Positions 21,201 through 25,571 of a stretch of DNA of 64,000 bases are shown here, piece by piece. The translations under genes were made by a program, and so were the position numbers. This DNA is from a virus. The stretch spans positions 7,268 through 71,267 of IMG/VR virus record IMGVR_UViG_3300044617_002308. The stretch is one strand, 5' to 3'. The notes beneath the pieces were generated by a model. That model ran no database searches, was not told the DNA's origin, and saw only the letters and a program-made list of their open reading frames with translations. Numbering within the stretch: the first letter of the stretch is position 1; every line of letters begins with the position of its first letter.

Positions 21201-21334
21201 TCGCGCAAACCGCGCTCGGCTTGCCGCATGATGTCGCGGGAACCAAAGCGCGCCGCTTGGCTCGCCACTTCCTGCATTCCGCTCACATCACCGCCGCGCA
21301 TGGCGCGCTGGAGTTTTTGGTTGAGGTAATTCAT
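245..21334 (-). CDS. Giant 7029-aa polyvalent (DarB-like) protein, probably virion-ejected
   Basis: Uninterrupted ORF. Domains recognised N to C: coiled-coil/helical region; Pro/Thr linker; zincin-like (REEVIH); HRxxxGHD membrane domain; excisionase-like HTH; ADP-ribosyltransferase-like (HHGT...YGWGLYF...NYVIFD); tandem RadC/JAB (HNHPSG); LPD1-like HEWFH; PRTase (VVDDVYTSGNT); C5 DNA MTase; TGT-like; HhH glycosylase-like; helical C-terminus. Confidence 0.9.
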   Translation of the reverse strand: MNYLNQKLQRAMRGGDVSGMQEVASQAARFGSRDIMRQAERGLREYAKAQEKAQRELIRAQREQERQARQQARDAERAARQQASDYKGDAIAFFTEGSGASRRIVPITAPSGGVMKKWGNSGVLWDGDTGLPYAMDPKTRAMTPIDPDADGKTVVKDGHVYKVVEGLPWKWVGFDPSKVGNDPALAKELAAKTADAKREADQASDKAAATRKLIADNEKAIRALEKQQRQSNSEEHKRLQGEIDQLNGKNKGLRERLELEQIDAYKKAAYRQQVESANDQRLADDLASRQKLAYQGDPKGGLGLQSALDRISKSQQSATTYNNDPVAALMGAITDRSIATAKNLAPDSLKIADSITNAWNANQKARTDAKIDAWGRNKSIEQTNALLAKMDATGTYKLTGTNAKGQPTGLLHDPDASPAIKAKIQDFVNKTGITEIPRSWMTPEAQEARANANQFGLYDVKLPQNFVLNKGAITTTRDEQSSIWGIPMPWTSKGKPVDVGTYQFDRNGVPFIELNKDNRLSPSQLSGSPLDGVKEYLPMSDEWASQFKPRKPSDLSLSMLPADQRREVMNNYKNELATWEQTAKDAWAGQKMDAERFNDTLTRWTVATPAQRQEMIAELDPRQKDIAPANRRLDTRALFENGIISAQEGRLLERAFYGTDPVMPSVNEAWQDWQKNTAKGQEYTQKLGGILKDKQLDLFGQSTIDFVGSLFKGGEAQRRATNLTADARQAFLSEYLDQNRTRVDFTDPAFTAARDNALKDVPFTEWVNKGFWDIVDMGGSVVGILQGTGAILGDGLYNKVTDVFGSVARPLANLAGETVSSKVNAWLPEGGRNLLTDQEKQIIGSQTMASVRNMSAAVADRITPIRNLSFLTSPTGIALQALTGTYAVDDAMKDVWDGKTAGALNRAWDDYLRDVDSGNLTKVKYKAHEEKISRLTGEFNQMRANASGWTSALGLEDGAGYRMSYENSMSDPRSAIAQFAAAYQQTRDPRLAAQARAASFSSQSELEIQRAAADYATMNGAINETTPFGGFKSAIRGGYVAPLTEQAIELGVNLLGIVSGGALYGVKAVGAATRVGSNLNKAANAVSSFSRIGDNIADSWRTLGKIETTPGISLTRGQQIWNSSVDFGKQSLVSGGGEFFQEAVASFGEAGASFGDAINQGIHGAILGVGMGPVHAIGGGAVSLGYDATKQMLNERAQTKALTKFVANYNKHNNTGTQLTVEVARQAQNYQSPQFVATLNTQRKDLMVQLADVNARLNALPADPQVRPGNIPFTPNPQRQQLLSEKSRIENSLQANLLDTAAVSEMSINTAREINALPPGQREVVDAALRAANGVPLSVSQESTLLGHQTASGKPAAYTYGDDIVLTDEFREEIKQAAPETAKAPVLRKTQAERDAELRAKYGGVFRMVNGRPVLIADKKPASATTPVQPSAPTPTTPSVSTQPPAASTTPSAPAPSAPATPTVPVQPTTPAPATPQTPVGETPVPAPVTPSTPTNTTGPQIPAPISVTPPVTQNFQTPDGAQVTGTFEKQPDGTWQQTSPEAPIFTITPENTQFFQTLEDKAAYALNPQTPDAVQPGEFGQEGYTATTPAGSATDTTSESVTTTLDPTADTTPPPLPETETADVFTQPVNRGTALLMLQTAAPWVSSAPLVVRSPRFFTRGNRVVDAKTYAELPKQERARYTPSPSPMFAHQGKVYIDETALVEYLGGVAPEARQEKLKAALREEVIHVATMNVRKRAEVIQDWQTLPDTAKQRVVETYFTAELEAVGGDWTQVEVDEFQAGAEFWRMYLNAVTEGRTTEQVDMASEVASLAESDPSFAQRIKEALQDIARWLREELLGQLDPDTRAEFEQTAAKIDAEVAKLDAMLGITPQPATPAAEAASPMEAPVEQANAPPVSAVEPAETIDTPAAPLTRLPEKAAPRNQAFVPKPARGAQKWTQEALNTSLTSAAGSFGYKIVDTGIPSQYTAYGETLNYGTALYDKLNPGNEIGKWIDAMNADTNPAGNAIIQAASEPGLHRVWYGHDFFTNVDNVAAEFGWSEVPSYIIQLFKDSLTRSGLPLPGVELLVQSGAVSDRVATDWLSTNIGEVFGGGLSFLGTYKLYRAAQGGKLSKPQVIFATVGIGLKLVSGVMTAQPFLILSGLADTAILVTNLDQVKAAFKKGIQEFNKKPQAVRDLFERVAAPTAVAPVSQEFSTPQDGREVKLPGSYPGDAGSTPAPATTLPVQPVQSVEATPPPLPPEEVVTPKQEVVTDEATPPPLPPEPTEPAAAPTIKMAQAAKTLGVTPKELLRLVKAAVIPAEKRGNNYLFTQEALDAYAAERAAKQAPVLEKLAAVAGNTASEADVADLRQRGMVDIYRGQRVINQKGYDLMAKAGIAPRLTRNERVEEIDAQLGPVEKPASDIPLHPRVTKSGRLYLVRGPQGGTPAQIPITDDAQARTEANRVAAEFDAKEAELEARAAEMEQEADPAAEDEGMPELSDKDAKLVPKFYQLFVSQMRDFREARERGESTPESLDRLVTQAVAVAKRLGMANLHPGTLLMNMSRLPEGPLLRSQAAFIDAVHDVLQDGTRDIAPADLTLKAGIASPAGFTNRDSAPLSWAQMIQLGALKATPRPDGSLRVRMGKTPEQMKTDAEQAELEAMQREYLDDLRAEAGNLDKAMEDASASGFELLDAIQMAGGLPSPTSESAESHRGELTTLFESAKAMGKGAYGGKGIFVSRIFRKNAPDLDRLAQSLRGHGFDTFTPSDVLDLVDARFTENRPMYGTTTDFDDGMGERAVAAKPRVRLANAEVTTEPGILFLKKAHHGTPHKVDRFRLDKIGTGEGAQAYGWGLYFAEARAAAEEYRRRLAGDLRKKNTLDGQTITPTLAKKLKSSSDENVRLVFNDIGAFPANGTSDLKAWLIQQRDNATKYDDNYANKERIIAAYDAVIPRVGRETTQPGNLYAVELDVDDADMLDWDKPLSDQSPKVQAALQSISGNWLWQDAIFGKSGEQVGGALYSTLRATFPDAEFSRDGVDASKKASEALLAAGIPGIRYADQGSRQFNATDERLLELATKNNGNKEAAVDDFMRSVYDAPKAKEKMRADLLRNFPERTYNYVIFDENLIRIIAENGEEIGNARVLGAKPTAAQRASAKAYTEANGSQPANVAEDAVAMQLAQVASPFRQTTYQLDLFDRSAPANEPVEVAEDEYEQLVERGLAGDWKALANAVAMRGRASAILPQLVDSTIPAWNPVGTKITETKDFAALMMPIRSPYHEMIKVAVLDDDLNIVSAQIVSVGSLNEAMAHPRNVLGFLARVSERYGKKYENIIISHNHPSGDPTPSQADYRVQKNFEELASALDFNLIDHVITNGTKYYSLKGFGSGSFETPTQAEWEKVSFDTLATAELPFQFAAIAKELSQSNPDAGHIVYLNTKLRVLAVEQFNKKNPTAQELGQQIFQTVSREGAHAFTVLLPTLKGAGVDPGFAQGRLVQQLREVTGRMQVTFIDAVKEDGSNYFSFKEAGLLEEPATYLGAKPRQAQQLDLFADAYNQTAKPWTPSWQAKADTKVENAPELKLEPQTENTARIEDFGEKIEGARKDLWQKYTDAIMADLPEDSADITLAKFLPEPDYEAMLASGMEPRRVAAVRALRDLIPRKPSTGWKLRRWTEGLISTRTIIQRLVDPSNPIAIERFNLLLADAPEMRDQVELYDALGYPLMLEAKGWKLRQKQGYTTFNGQPTKASDIVSYMEKDYRMAWNLSSVVPDGDWRRGYSQTLEKFRAHLQAQAAKPAEAKKIDFQFYSDRTTGDIFIGKKGASGVIRLKPGFKSVKEASNWLTDNYDNLRFQWEEMRKEPILRKALNDPRTGPARREGDVSPEMFTEAFGFRGVQFGNYVEGERRQRDLNNAFDALMDLAEALNVPTKALSLDGALGMAFGARGTGGKRPAAAHYEPGQVVINLTKNAGPGSLAHEWFHALDNYFARVERTGSTAPKAVDEYATDSIRNPKNVRPAVMDAFRAIRNAVGTGTFAERSKKLDATRSTPYYGTTIEKAARAFETYVVERLAKSSVTNDYLANIDPSGEAYPLPQEMEGGIRQAYDILFDTLDTRETDQGVALFAKARRNAAPASSLPGNYPDTLDIVARSTKVAKLRTTGLKPGEQLVELDPAPVIAGRAPDLAMVSPAYQAAKKGGDPVAAVDISESLITQKMVDEVKARLNADQDVIFVPVRHSDPGVFHNALPAALAGSLQRRIPNSRVDTGIVKSGGMSNTGVSAAQRMGNIQTFEGEVDPSAQYVVVDDVYTSGNTLTALIDHLVSNGAEVVAAAALADSQSQNYLKPRPQDTQKLLDRAGLTSETFQRELGFPIEALTGSEIYRIANLERNWSGSQLLKERFRNRAGIFAARSRMDAERNRPSSGPQILGAKPARGSSDLVPNLAKLPSGITTFSGGGLVEIGLRGLVNPVAAVEYDASIAQAYRAAHGDHVQVSDIREVSLEKHKGAFHYHASPVCKNSSLMNSAAKGGGEKDLDVESARAVARHIKEIQPQVVTIENVWEYRKTISAGIIREALEREGYTFDEGIYNAADYGAPTARRRYLLRAVRGAAFLPDPTPVKGPGWYETIADLIDDLPDDVIENKPKPGQEYLWREGNGFSSAFPDPLNVSEPVLVSGTTLFKQVAFARATQPAFTFKASPNTVDRILLPGGIVKRLTPRAKARMTGIPDDYPLPADQDVAFTIIGNGVPPPLVRNVFGPVLEYAQRRQETPLFAKPRRSSDTTGELFGDETPFNLVGETLPPAPVKPDTVVDAQAREEAFRRSGREDVEDLFGDASSPAPSPTATEFGFTREIDAPIEKIKKDMVRFASGMSGISDLATSTFVRGGMQNYGVGFDVGLLSKNAIEALANAVVNLDAQVFIDSGAFSHFIKSQKEAEKGNTLKPLSFDKIFEKYDSILDAIQKENAVEKDYPSPLMVMPDIIGNQKASLLLTDKYKDRIAVETEAQALTPIIPIPLGELSLAQAYNKILEILNSNSKGITIDPSKFIVGIPSNAQAVSREKLAEFLSEAKPPRIHFLGAAADVNINPLLAVVAKSAPDTMVTADASKVRSEILNGVAAGKTREQAITDALFQEDDPSAVLENFSREIASVEASTAPAINTKDVGDLFAQPAPATQAMPERIAATAVIDKDGTVLSSPAKTHAELMEETKYDLDGGEFPPTQNFGFVTTTGRFVEQKEAQQIAQQARQVQGNQPISGEIVNELQREGLLDPAPAAPVIEQGALFAKSRPARILAETKGKVVAGTAVGTRNPTGKNPDGSGTDASMLVGLDAMRQDPALFRKNAMLLADYPLVAGRLPEAAALVRKVRAPLVRAQARLEIKTDEHKKAREALQVELARQQGVRKAKVKMAAVDAAIEAKPDENSRKVRGLVSRINAARTAAEKAKTEVDVAKKAFDNEVKAILANERRFPTSMAESVYQALTEMAVDNLERLIDLFPADLRDIARLWYDGANIIAQDFATRFGTTLNRSAAVLAVFSPQKDWFMNVALAERMMNVWRNHQDTIFDDAMAAQYIRRSGEPQPQWDKKLDDYKRDAQGNILYEKGAKPVTNDAGDIVDWENWDNAKAREKLEEAKADIEELKGKKLKDLPLEFQARFIRMWSEVYDSPSFPVVSPDGRFGNPMLTEKGEQRSIAWGSYNTIEKAINILSAPAEAEIQTISAELGVQHKVRSFYNNIVDPANPDGHVTMDTHAIAAILWQALSGNSPEVSQNFGQGGAAGSANLGISGLYPAFAEAYRIVAKEFNLLPREVQSITWESVRLLFPAKFKSQKANVNKVRAIWKKHEQGIITTKEAHDLIFRLTDEWSNRDTLQGRRGRTASEAIADGSGVGRPDWAKVARSGENNLGTSEKANDAGELPADGRDRDGTGRPSGGRGGAGRTAGVVPATPKGRQPGAVLGAKRRPALPPMEKRIEASLDSIENWNNVLRAAEEKPAGSVRKVAGEIREAMPYELWRGYQNLFRGRLDVADALAPGVKNILQAAQQEEALAQIGVNAVVDGLRRELQKAFGDPAFWSKNRTRLKEATRLLLPTASYLQPQRTGVDGGFEWREFERRSGTISQVEARKLRLRDGEWFQYDGRTYRLGDFLPDEKAFVLLEPISVEMQQAIYEEFWQNFPEALPILDRWITPDLKDAYTVGLGSTMSVEFNREALLSFMNEWPQDLKDAFGDLLPEVPRVEGYTPDIAAQRSIIATIARLLGIYKSPGRRFKTGALREAGNVKNLVDGFSTRAMEAHREKIRMRMREGIIEKAVVLRDDVPAENIGDYVALEDVFSSIVKAVEAARLLDKKAYPHLSKGLNPKDQVQLMKLVGDAARLNGIEQMVHKNVYRELMLSMARAQTEGILLRTLNFFLRGAKLGKLAAGSVGINWIGNQILTLTQAMNRMFAGITHLMVLDSKGAAVNTMEALFLLRGLITDRAPNTLNQSRIGDLIPRELFDNTTALSSLDAGTDYGNMVDDIKRNGILRGPAQGLVNAFKQGGISASILYAVHYSGGDAAVKQQSAYAAYRARAEVAANEAKVKSGRSEWMRNWIQKQVRENTAIHREVMDAARLYFMDYANVPAWMDPSASLPEEKGKKFLKEHGLWFIKWPYNFVRFMKRMGLDGAIETFSPSSTKQERARGLANMLTLAAIAYGGAALLSGDDEEDPIIGSRFDAEGKAKDRDQDTSSRMNLSALGRKTQLGRMVATALRMAGVNINDDLTNHRGDDYWMYYQNMTWMKEGLLMGRAVRGDMPGFLRDAGAYISDLTALGILSRMVGIAKVGSIDAKKSPVNLASEAFFEALSSPINPSALTEYINNMTDPVVRRTTSNKSLDFTMGPLESIMAKVPGLRKNLPVAGDPITPARLTLNFDRAGYMAREAKKIRANEKLTTAEKDAALANLSAQVATPVSSSGAPIDLRELLFGMGVNPAKVSDAGQTTRNIAGDLARLQAMGAGPESVRVYDEKLPSGETRTYITYPDPDNVAVRDPFLSLFKIATGVNIRPFPKPKSLRQQPSTLTPELMFNQPQANLTLPRQ
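14671..14745 (-). tRNA. tRNA-Met(CAT), initiator-type, nested inside the giant ORF on the same strand
   Basis: CGCAGGA TG GAC GAGAGGTTAA GTT G CCAGG CTCATAT CCTGG AGAC GCGGG TTCGACT CCCGC TCCTGCT A CCA. All four stems pair. It has a canonical T-loop, anticodon CAT (14712-14710), encoded CCA, an unpaired 1:72 position and an A11:U24 pair. Confidence 0.9.
15612..15630 (-). promoter_or_regulatory. 19-bp box inside the giant ORF, about 870 nt upstream of the nested tRNA
   Basis: + strand gtgtcgattgtctcggcag; close match to the intergenic copies. Confidence 0.5.
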
Positions 21335-21346
21335 CCAGCGATGGGG

Positions 21347-22900
21347 TTAGGCAATTAAAACTTTGCGTCCTTTGATCGTGCGCCATGTTCCTCCGCCGCC
21401 GGCAGATGCGGATGAACCGATTTGTGGCAAGGGAACATCCGGCATCGGTATTGGACCTCCGAATCCATCGCTTTGCGGGACATTGTATTGCCAAGGATCA
21501 GCGGCAGGAACACTGGGTTGGTTTTTCGGATCGGACATTTTTGGGGTGTTTTTCCACTGAGCGTCACGCTGTTTCTGGGCGTAGGCGGAATCTGAAAGTC
21601 CGCCCATATCTTCGCGGCGGGCGGCTTCGGCGGCGCGTTTGGCCGCCAGATCGTTGCGCTCCTTGGCGGTCATCTGTGGGCTGCGGTTGCCGCCGCGCTT
21701 GCCCCCCCCACCCCCGCCACCTCCGATTGGTAATTTATCTCCGATATTGCCGATCTTGGCTCCGGCTTTTTCCGCTTCGGCGGCATTTGGGAAGCCCATC
21801 TTTCTGGCGGCGGCATCGCGGGCGGCTTGGTTTTCTGCGGCCTTGCGGGCGGCCTCGCGTTGTGCTGCCGCTTGCGCCGCCATTTCTCTTGCGCGGTTGC
21901 GTTTGTCCATCTCGGCGGCCATCTCCTCGGCGGTTGGAGGCTTGGAGGGACTGGCGGACGATTTGATTTGCTGGTTTGGCGGCGGCGAACCTGAAGGTCT
22001 GCTTGGCGTGCTTGGCCGTTTTTCTTGAAGCGTCTTCACAGCTTCGGCAGCTTGAGGGTCGCCTGCGGCTGCGCGTTGTTGGAGTTGAGTTAGCGCACCA
22101 GCGTTTCCGGCGCTGGCGTTTTGAGCAAGATTGTTCAGCGAGCTTTTCCCGCTTTTGGCGAATTCCGCAGCCTCACGAATTGCTGGCGAGTCCGTTTTTC
22201 CATGTAGGCGATCCAGCGCGGGGCGGCTCATGCTTTTGGTTCCAAGTCCCAACTCAAGACGACGCGCAATTTCGTTTTTGGCTTTTTGATCCCCGCGCGC
22301 TGCGGCTTTTTCCATCTCCCAAGATTCCTCGGGGGTTGTGCGCTGATAAAGCGATTTTCCTGTGAAGTTGTTTTCTTTGCGGTTTGGCCCGCCTTGGTTA
22401 AACCAGCTTTCAAAAGTCCTCTGATTTCCGAATACCCACTCCTTGTTGTTTTTATAGAATTCTTTGGAGTTCGTGTCTGGCGGTAGCTGCGGCTTTGGAC
22501 TGCTTTTTGTAGTGGAAGGGCTTGGGGATTTTGATCCTTTTATGGCCCACTCATTGGTTGGATATTGGAAGTTAGAATTCGGGTTGCTGATCGGGTTGCT
22601 GCCGACCGCTCCGCTGCGCCATTGTTGTTGATCGCGAGGATTGTTGCTTGGCGCTTCATGTAAACGCGGTGGCATGTTCGACCATGAGTTGGTGCTTGGG
22701 TCGCGATACAGCCCGGGTCGTGGCGCATTGATGTCTTCAAGTGTATTGGAAAATCTTGGATCAATAGGCGGGTTTTGAGGAGGGATTCGGACAGGTCCCC
22801 CGGGAATGTTGCGCGGGCCGTCGTCGCGTGGCTGTTCTCGCGCGCCTCCATTATTCCACCACGGGCGCGGACCCATGTCTTCAATTTTTGGTTTTTTCAT
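21347..22900 (-). CDS. Low-complexity P/N/S/A/G-rich protein, putative internal virion/ejection protein
   Basis: 517-aa ORF directly upstream of the giant gene, preceded by a 19-bp box. Function inferred from position and composition only. Confidence 0.6.
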   Translation of the reverse strand: MKKPKIEDMGPRPWWNNGGAREQPRDDGPRNIPGGPVRIPPQNPPIDPRFSNTLEDINAPRPGLYRDPSTNSWSNMPPRLHEAPSNNPRDQQQWRSGAVGSNPISNPNSNFQYPTNEWAIKGSKSPSPSTTKSSPKPQLPPDTNSKEFYKNNKEWVFGNQRTFESWFNQGGPNRKENNFTGKSLYQRTTPEESWEMEKAAARGDQKAKNEIARRLELGLGTKSMSRPALDRLHGKTDSPAIREAAEFAKSGKSSLNNLAQNASAGNAGALTQLQQRAAAGDPQAAEAVKTLQEKRPSTPSRPSGSPPPNQQIKSSASPSKPPTAEEMAAEMDKRNRAREMAAQAAAQREAARKAAENQAARDAAARKMGFPNAAEAEKAGAKIGNIGDKLPIGGGGGGGGKRGGNRSPQMTAKERNDLAAKRAAEAARREDMGGLSDSAYAQKQRDAQWKNTPKMSDPKNQPSVPAADPWQYNVPQSDGFGGPIPMPDVPLPQIGSSASAGGGGTWRTIKGRKVLIA

Positions 22901-22927
22901 GCTTGGGATGTTGGCTTGCGGTTTACT

Positions 22928-22946
22928 CTGTCAAATGTCTCGGCAG
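22928..22946 (-). promoter_or_regulatory. 19-bp box
   Basis: + strand ctgtcaaatgtctcggcag, 27 nt before the ATG at 22900. Confidence 0.65.
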
Positions 22947-22976
22947 TATCAATTGAAAAGTTGATTCATTTTTTGC

Positions 22977-23504
22977 CTATCCCGCATCTTCGGTGGCTTG
23001 GGCGCGGGCGGCTTCGCGTTGAAGTTGTTTTTCGGTGGGTTGCTTGGGACCGATGGATTTGACGCCGGGAGTTGTGGGGTTCACGCGCTTCACAGCCTTG
23101 TCCATGCGATATTGGATGGCATCGACGATGTATTGCGGAGTTTTCTTCATGCCGGCGATGCCGCCTTTGTTGAGCACATCATTGATGTCGAGCATGCGGC
23201 CATCGACGCTGCGCACGGCTTTTTCTTCTCCGCGCAGGGTGAGGCGGTCCTTGCGGTTGTAGTCCTTGGTGAGTCGGCGCGGCTTGCGGAAGGTGCGCTT
23301 TTTCACGGCCTCGGGGTTGGGCGGGACGACTTTGGTGAGGGCGACGAGCGCATTGCGGGCTTCGAGGTTCCCATCCTGCGCGGTCTTGATGAGTTGCACG
23401 CGGGCCACCATGGCTTCCGGCGTGGTGCCTGCGGCGGTCGCCGTCAAAGCGGCGAGGCTTTTCTCGGGCTCGGGGAAGAAGACTTGGCTGGGAGGGTTGG
23501 GCAT
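22977..23504 (-). CDS. Hypothetical basic protein (possible virion protein)
   Basis: 175-aa ORF whose start overlaps the stop of the upstream gene. Confidence 0.6.
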   Translation of the reverse strand: MPNPPSQVFFPEPEKSLAALTATAAGTTPEAMVARVQLIKTAQDGNLEARNALVALTKVVPPNPEAVKKRTFRKPRRLTKDYNRKDRLTLRGEEKAVRSVDGRMLDINDVLNKGGIAGMKKTPQYIVDAIQYRMDKAVKRVNPTTPGVKSIGPKQPTEKQLQREAARAQATEDAG

Positions 23505-25507
23505 TATCGCATTCCTGCCCGGGTTTTTGCTTTAGTTGGAGCCGATGGGCGAGTTGGCTGGGTTTGCCCCATGGACTGCGGCAAATCGGCCTCGTTGGGG
23601 GACTTGGGACCGGTTGTGCCGACAACTCGAACTTGGCCGCCGAGCGCGACAACCCTTCCCTTGATATTTCGGAAGGTGGGTTTTGCGCCACCTCCTGCGG
23701 TTGGCGGAGGAGTTTGGGCAGCGGGCTTTCCTTTGAAGGAGAAAGTCGTTGGGCCTGCGGAAACCTGCATATTGCCATCGCCGCCATAGGACATTTGGGT
23801 ATTAAACGAGTCTGGAGTCAGCGTGGTTGATCCGACAGCGCCGGGGCGGTTGTGGCTAATCGTGATCGAGGGCGCGGAACCTTTCTTGGCATTGAGTGCG
23901 GAGAGTTTGTCCAGCGGGCTAGGAAGAGTCTGGCCTCCTCTGGGCGGTTTGCTTGCTGTTCCACGGACTTTGCCTCTGACGGGTTGTGCGGGTTGTCCGC
24001 CAGCGGATTGCTGCGCTTCTTGCTCGGCAATCAACTGTTTCGCATACGGCGTGAGTTGATCCGGGGACTGTGCGCCTCGTCTTTTGTATTCGGCTTGCCG
24101 CTCCTCAAACTGTTGCTTGGCAGCCTCGTAATACATTGGATTGATTTTTGTAAGCCTAAAAGCCCCTTGGTAGTCTGGCTGTTTGCCGGTCCTAACCTGC
24201 TCGCCGATTTTCAAGAGTTCTTGAGCTGTCTTGGAATCGGGGCGTGGCATGTTTTTGATTTGCTCGCGCTGCCATTCTTCCTCCATGGCGTCGGGATTTC
24301 CTCTGGCTGCCGCAAGCATCAACGCATTGGCTTGCTCTTGGGTGATCGGCATCTTGGCCCGCTCTTGCGGGGTGCTTGGTTGGGATTGGGTTTGAGGGGC
24401 TGGCCTTGGTTTGCTGGACGGCTTGGTTGGTGAGGCTCCTGCGCCAGCGGGGAGTTGCGTGGCACGCAATGCGGATGGTTGAGCATAAACCAATTGTATT
24501 TCGCCACCGGATGCGAAATCTATGGCTCCGGTTTTTGGATCTCTTGCAAAAACTCGTTGGGTTTTCCCGTCGTCAAGCATGTAACGCCCGTCCGGCATAA
24601 TGCTTCCCCTAGGTTGTGGGTCTACGATGGGACGGCCTGGACGGATAACGGACTCTCTGACGCCACCTGGTTGCTGGTAAAAATGCCTCATGTTTGGAGG
24701 AATGGCCTCAAGTGGTCGATCTCGATATGGAACACTGCTGTAGTCGGGAACATCGCCAGGTCGTATTGGGCTTGGCCTTACAGGATAACCAGGGCCGGGG
24801 TTGACTGGGTATCCTCCGGGCTTGACTGGGGTGCCGGGTCTTGGCCTTCCTCCGGGCTGGACTGGGGAGCCGGGCTGCGATTCATCGTTTGGCAGGAATG
24901 ACTGGTTAGGGTTGGGGGGCAGCGGAGGTTTTCCTGTTCCTTGCGCTTGATTCAGTTCCTCTTGAGCCTTGCGGGCGGCTTCGTTTTGTTTTGCTTGTTC
25001 TCGAAGGTTGATGTCTTGTTGATCGAGTTTGTTTAATTCGTATCTTCCCGGTTGATTGCCAACTACTTTATATCCCAAATCCCAGAGCTGGTTTTCCAGG
25101 GCTTTGCGGCGTGCTCGGATTTCGTTATTCTTTTCCATCTGGCCTGGATACATGGTGTTAAGGTTATACCCCCCTTTTCGCACAATATTATTCGGTATTG
25201 GCAAAGCGTTTAACTGCTCCAAAATTCGGATATGCTCAGTCTTTTTTAGTTCAATATCGTGAAGCTCTCCTCGTTTTTTCGCATACTCCTCGTCTTGCTT
25301 TTTTATCGTAAGGTATTGAGTGGGATTTTCATTGAATCTCTTTAAGTTTCGCAGTATTTCTTCCCGCTGGGAACCGGTGGGCGCTTTGTAATCACCGCCC
25401 GTTCCGTATCTTAACTGGTTTTCTAGGGTTTTTCTATAGGCTTTGATTTCAGCGTCAGAAAAAACTGGATTGGAGACGTTCTGTGAAGTCTGTTGAGTCT
25501 GGTTCAT
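23504..25507 (-). CDS. Pro/Gln-rich putative internal virion/ejection protein
   Basis: Start moved to ATG 25507 (MNQTQQ), just after the 19-bp box. Coiled-coil N-terminus and PG-rich repeats near 24760-24880. Confidence 0.6.
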   Translation of the reverse strand: MNQTQQTSQNVSNPVFSDAEIKAYRKTLENQLRYGTGGDYKAPTGSQREEILRNLKRFNENPTQYLTIKKQDEEYAKKRGELHDIELKKTEHIRILEQLNALPIPNNIVRKGGYNLNTMYPGQMEKNNEIRARRKALENQLWDLGYKVVGNQPGRYELNKLDQQDINLREQAKQNEAARKAQEELNQAQGTGKPPLPPNPNQSFLPNDESQPGSPVQPGGRPRPGTPVKPGGYPVNPGPGYPVRPSPIRPGDVPDYSSVPYRDRPLEAIPPNMRHFYQQPGGVRESVIRPGRPIVDPQPRGSIMPDGRYMLDDGKTQRVFARDPKTGAIDFASGGEIQLVYAQPSALRATQLPAGAGASPTKPSSKPRPAPQTQSQPSTPQERAKMPITQEQANALMLAAARGNPDAMEEEWQREQIKNMPRPDSKTAQELLKIGEQVRTGKQPDYQGAFRLTKINPMYYEAAKQQFEERQAEYKRRGAQSPDQLTPYAKQLIAEQEAQQSAGGQPAQPVRGKVRGTASKPPRGGQTLPSPLDKLSALNAKKGSAPSITISHNRPGAVGSTTLTPDSFNTQMSYGGDGNMQVSAGPTTFSFKGKPAAQTPPPTAGGGAKPTFRNIKGRVVALGGQVRVVGTTGPKSPNEADLPQSMGQTQPTRPSAPTKAKTRAGMR

Positions 25508-25521
25508 AGGTTCCACCACAC

Positions 25522-25540
25522 TTGCCAAGTGTTTCGGCAA
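25522..25540 (-). promoter_or_regulatory. 19-bp box
   Basis: + strand ttgccaagtgtttcggcaa, 14 nt before ATG 25507. Confidence 0.6.
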
Positions 25541-25571
25541 ACGCAACTGAAATGTTGTGCCCTTTTGCGCC

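Noticed and set aside
245-21334. Intein, intron, frameshift or stop-codon recoding as the cause of the giant ORF's length
   Set aside because: I saw no intein splice motifs. The frame is open in the standard code, and neighbouring genes use all three stop codons normally.
245-21334. Virion RNA polymerase (N4- or crAss-like) within the giant protein
   Set aside because: No DxDxD or T7-type polymerase motifs were recognised; a profile search of the N- and C-terminal helical regions would be needed to exclude it fully.
641-21358. Many long + strand ORFs (e.g. 8699..10348, 12908..14461, 15992..17758, 19763..21358)
   Set aside because: Antisense shadows of the GC3-rich giant gene with no recognisable motifs. 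The same applies to 25557..27083 and 55056..56402.
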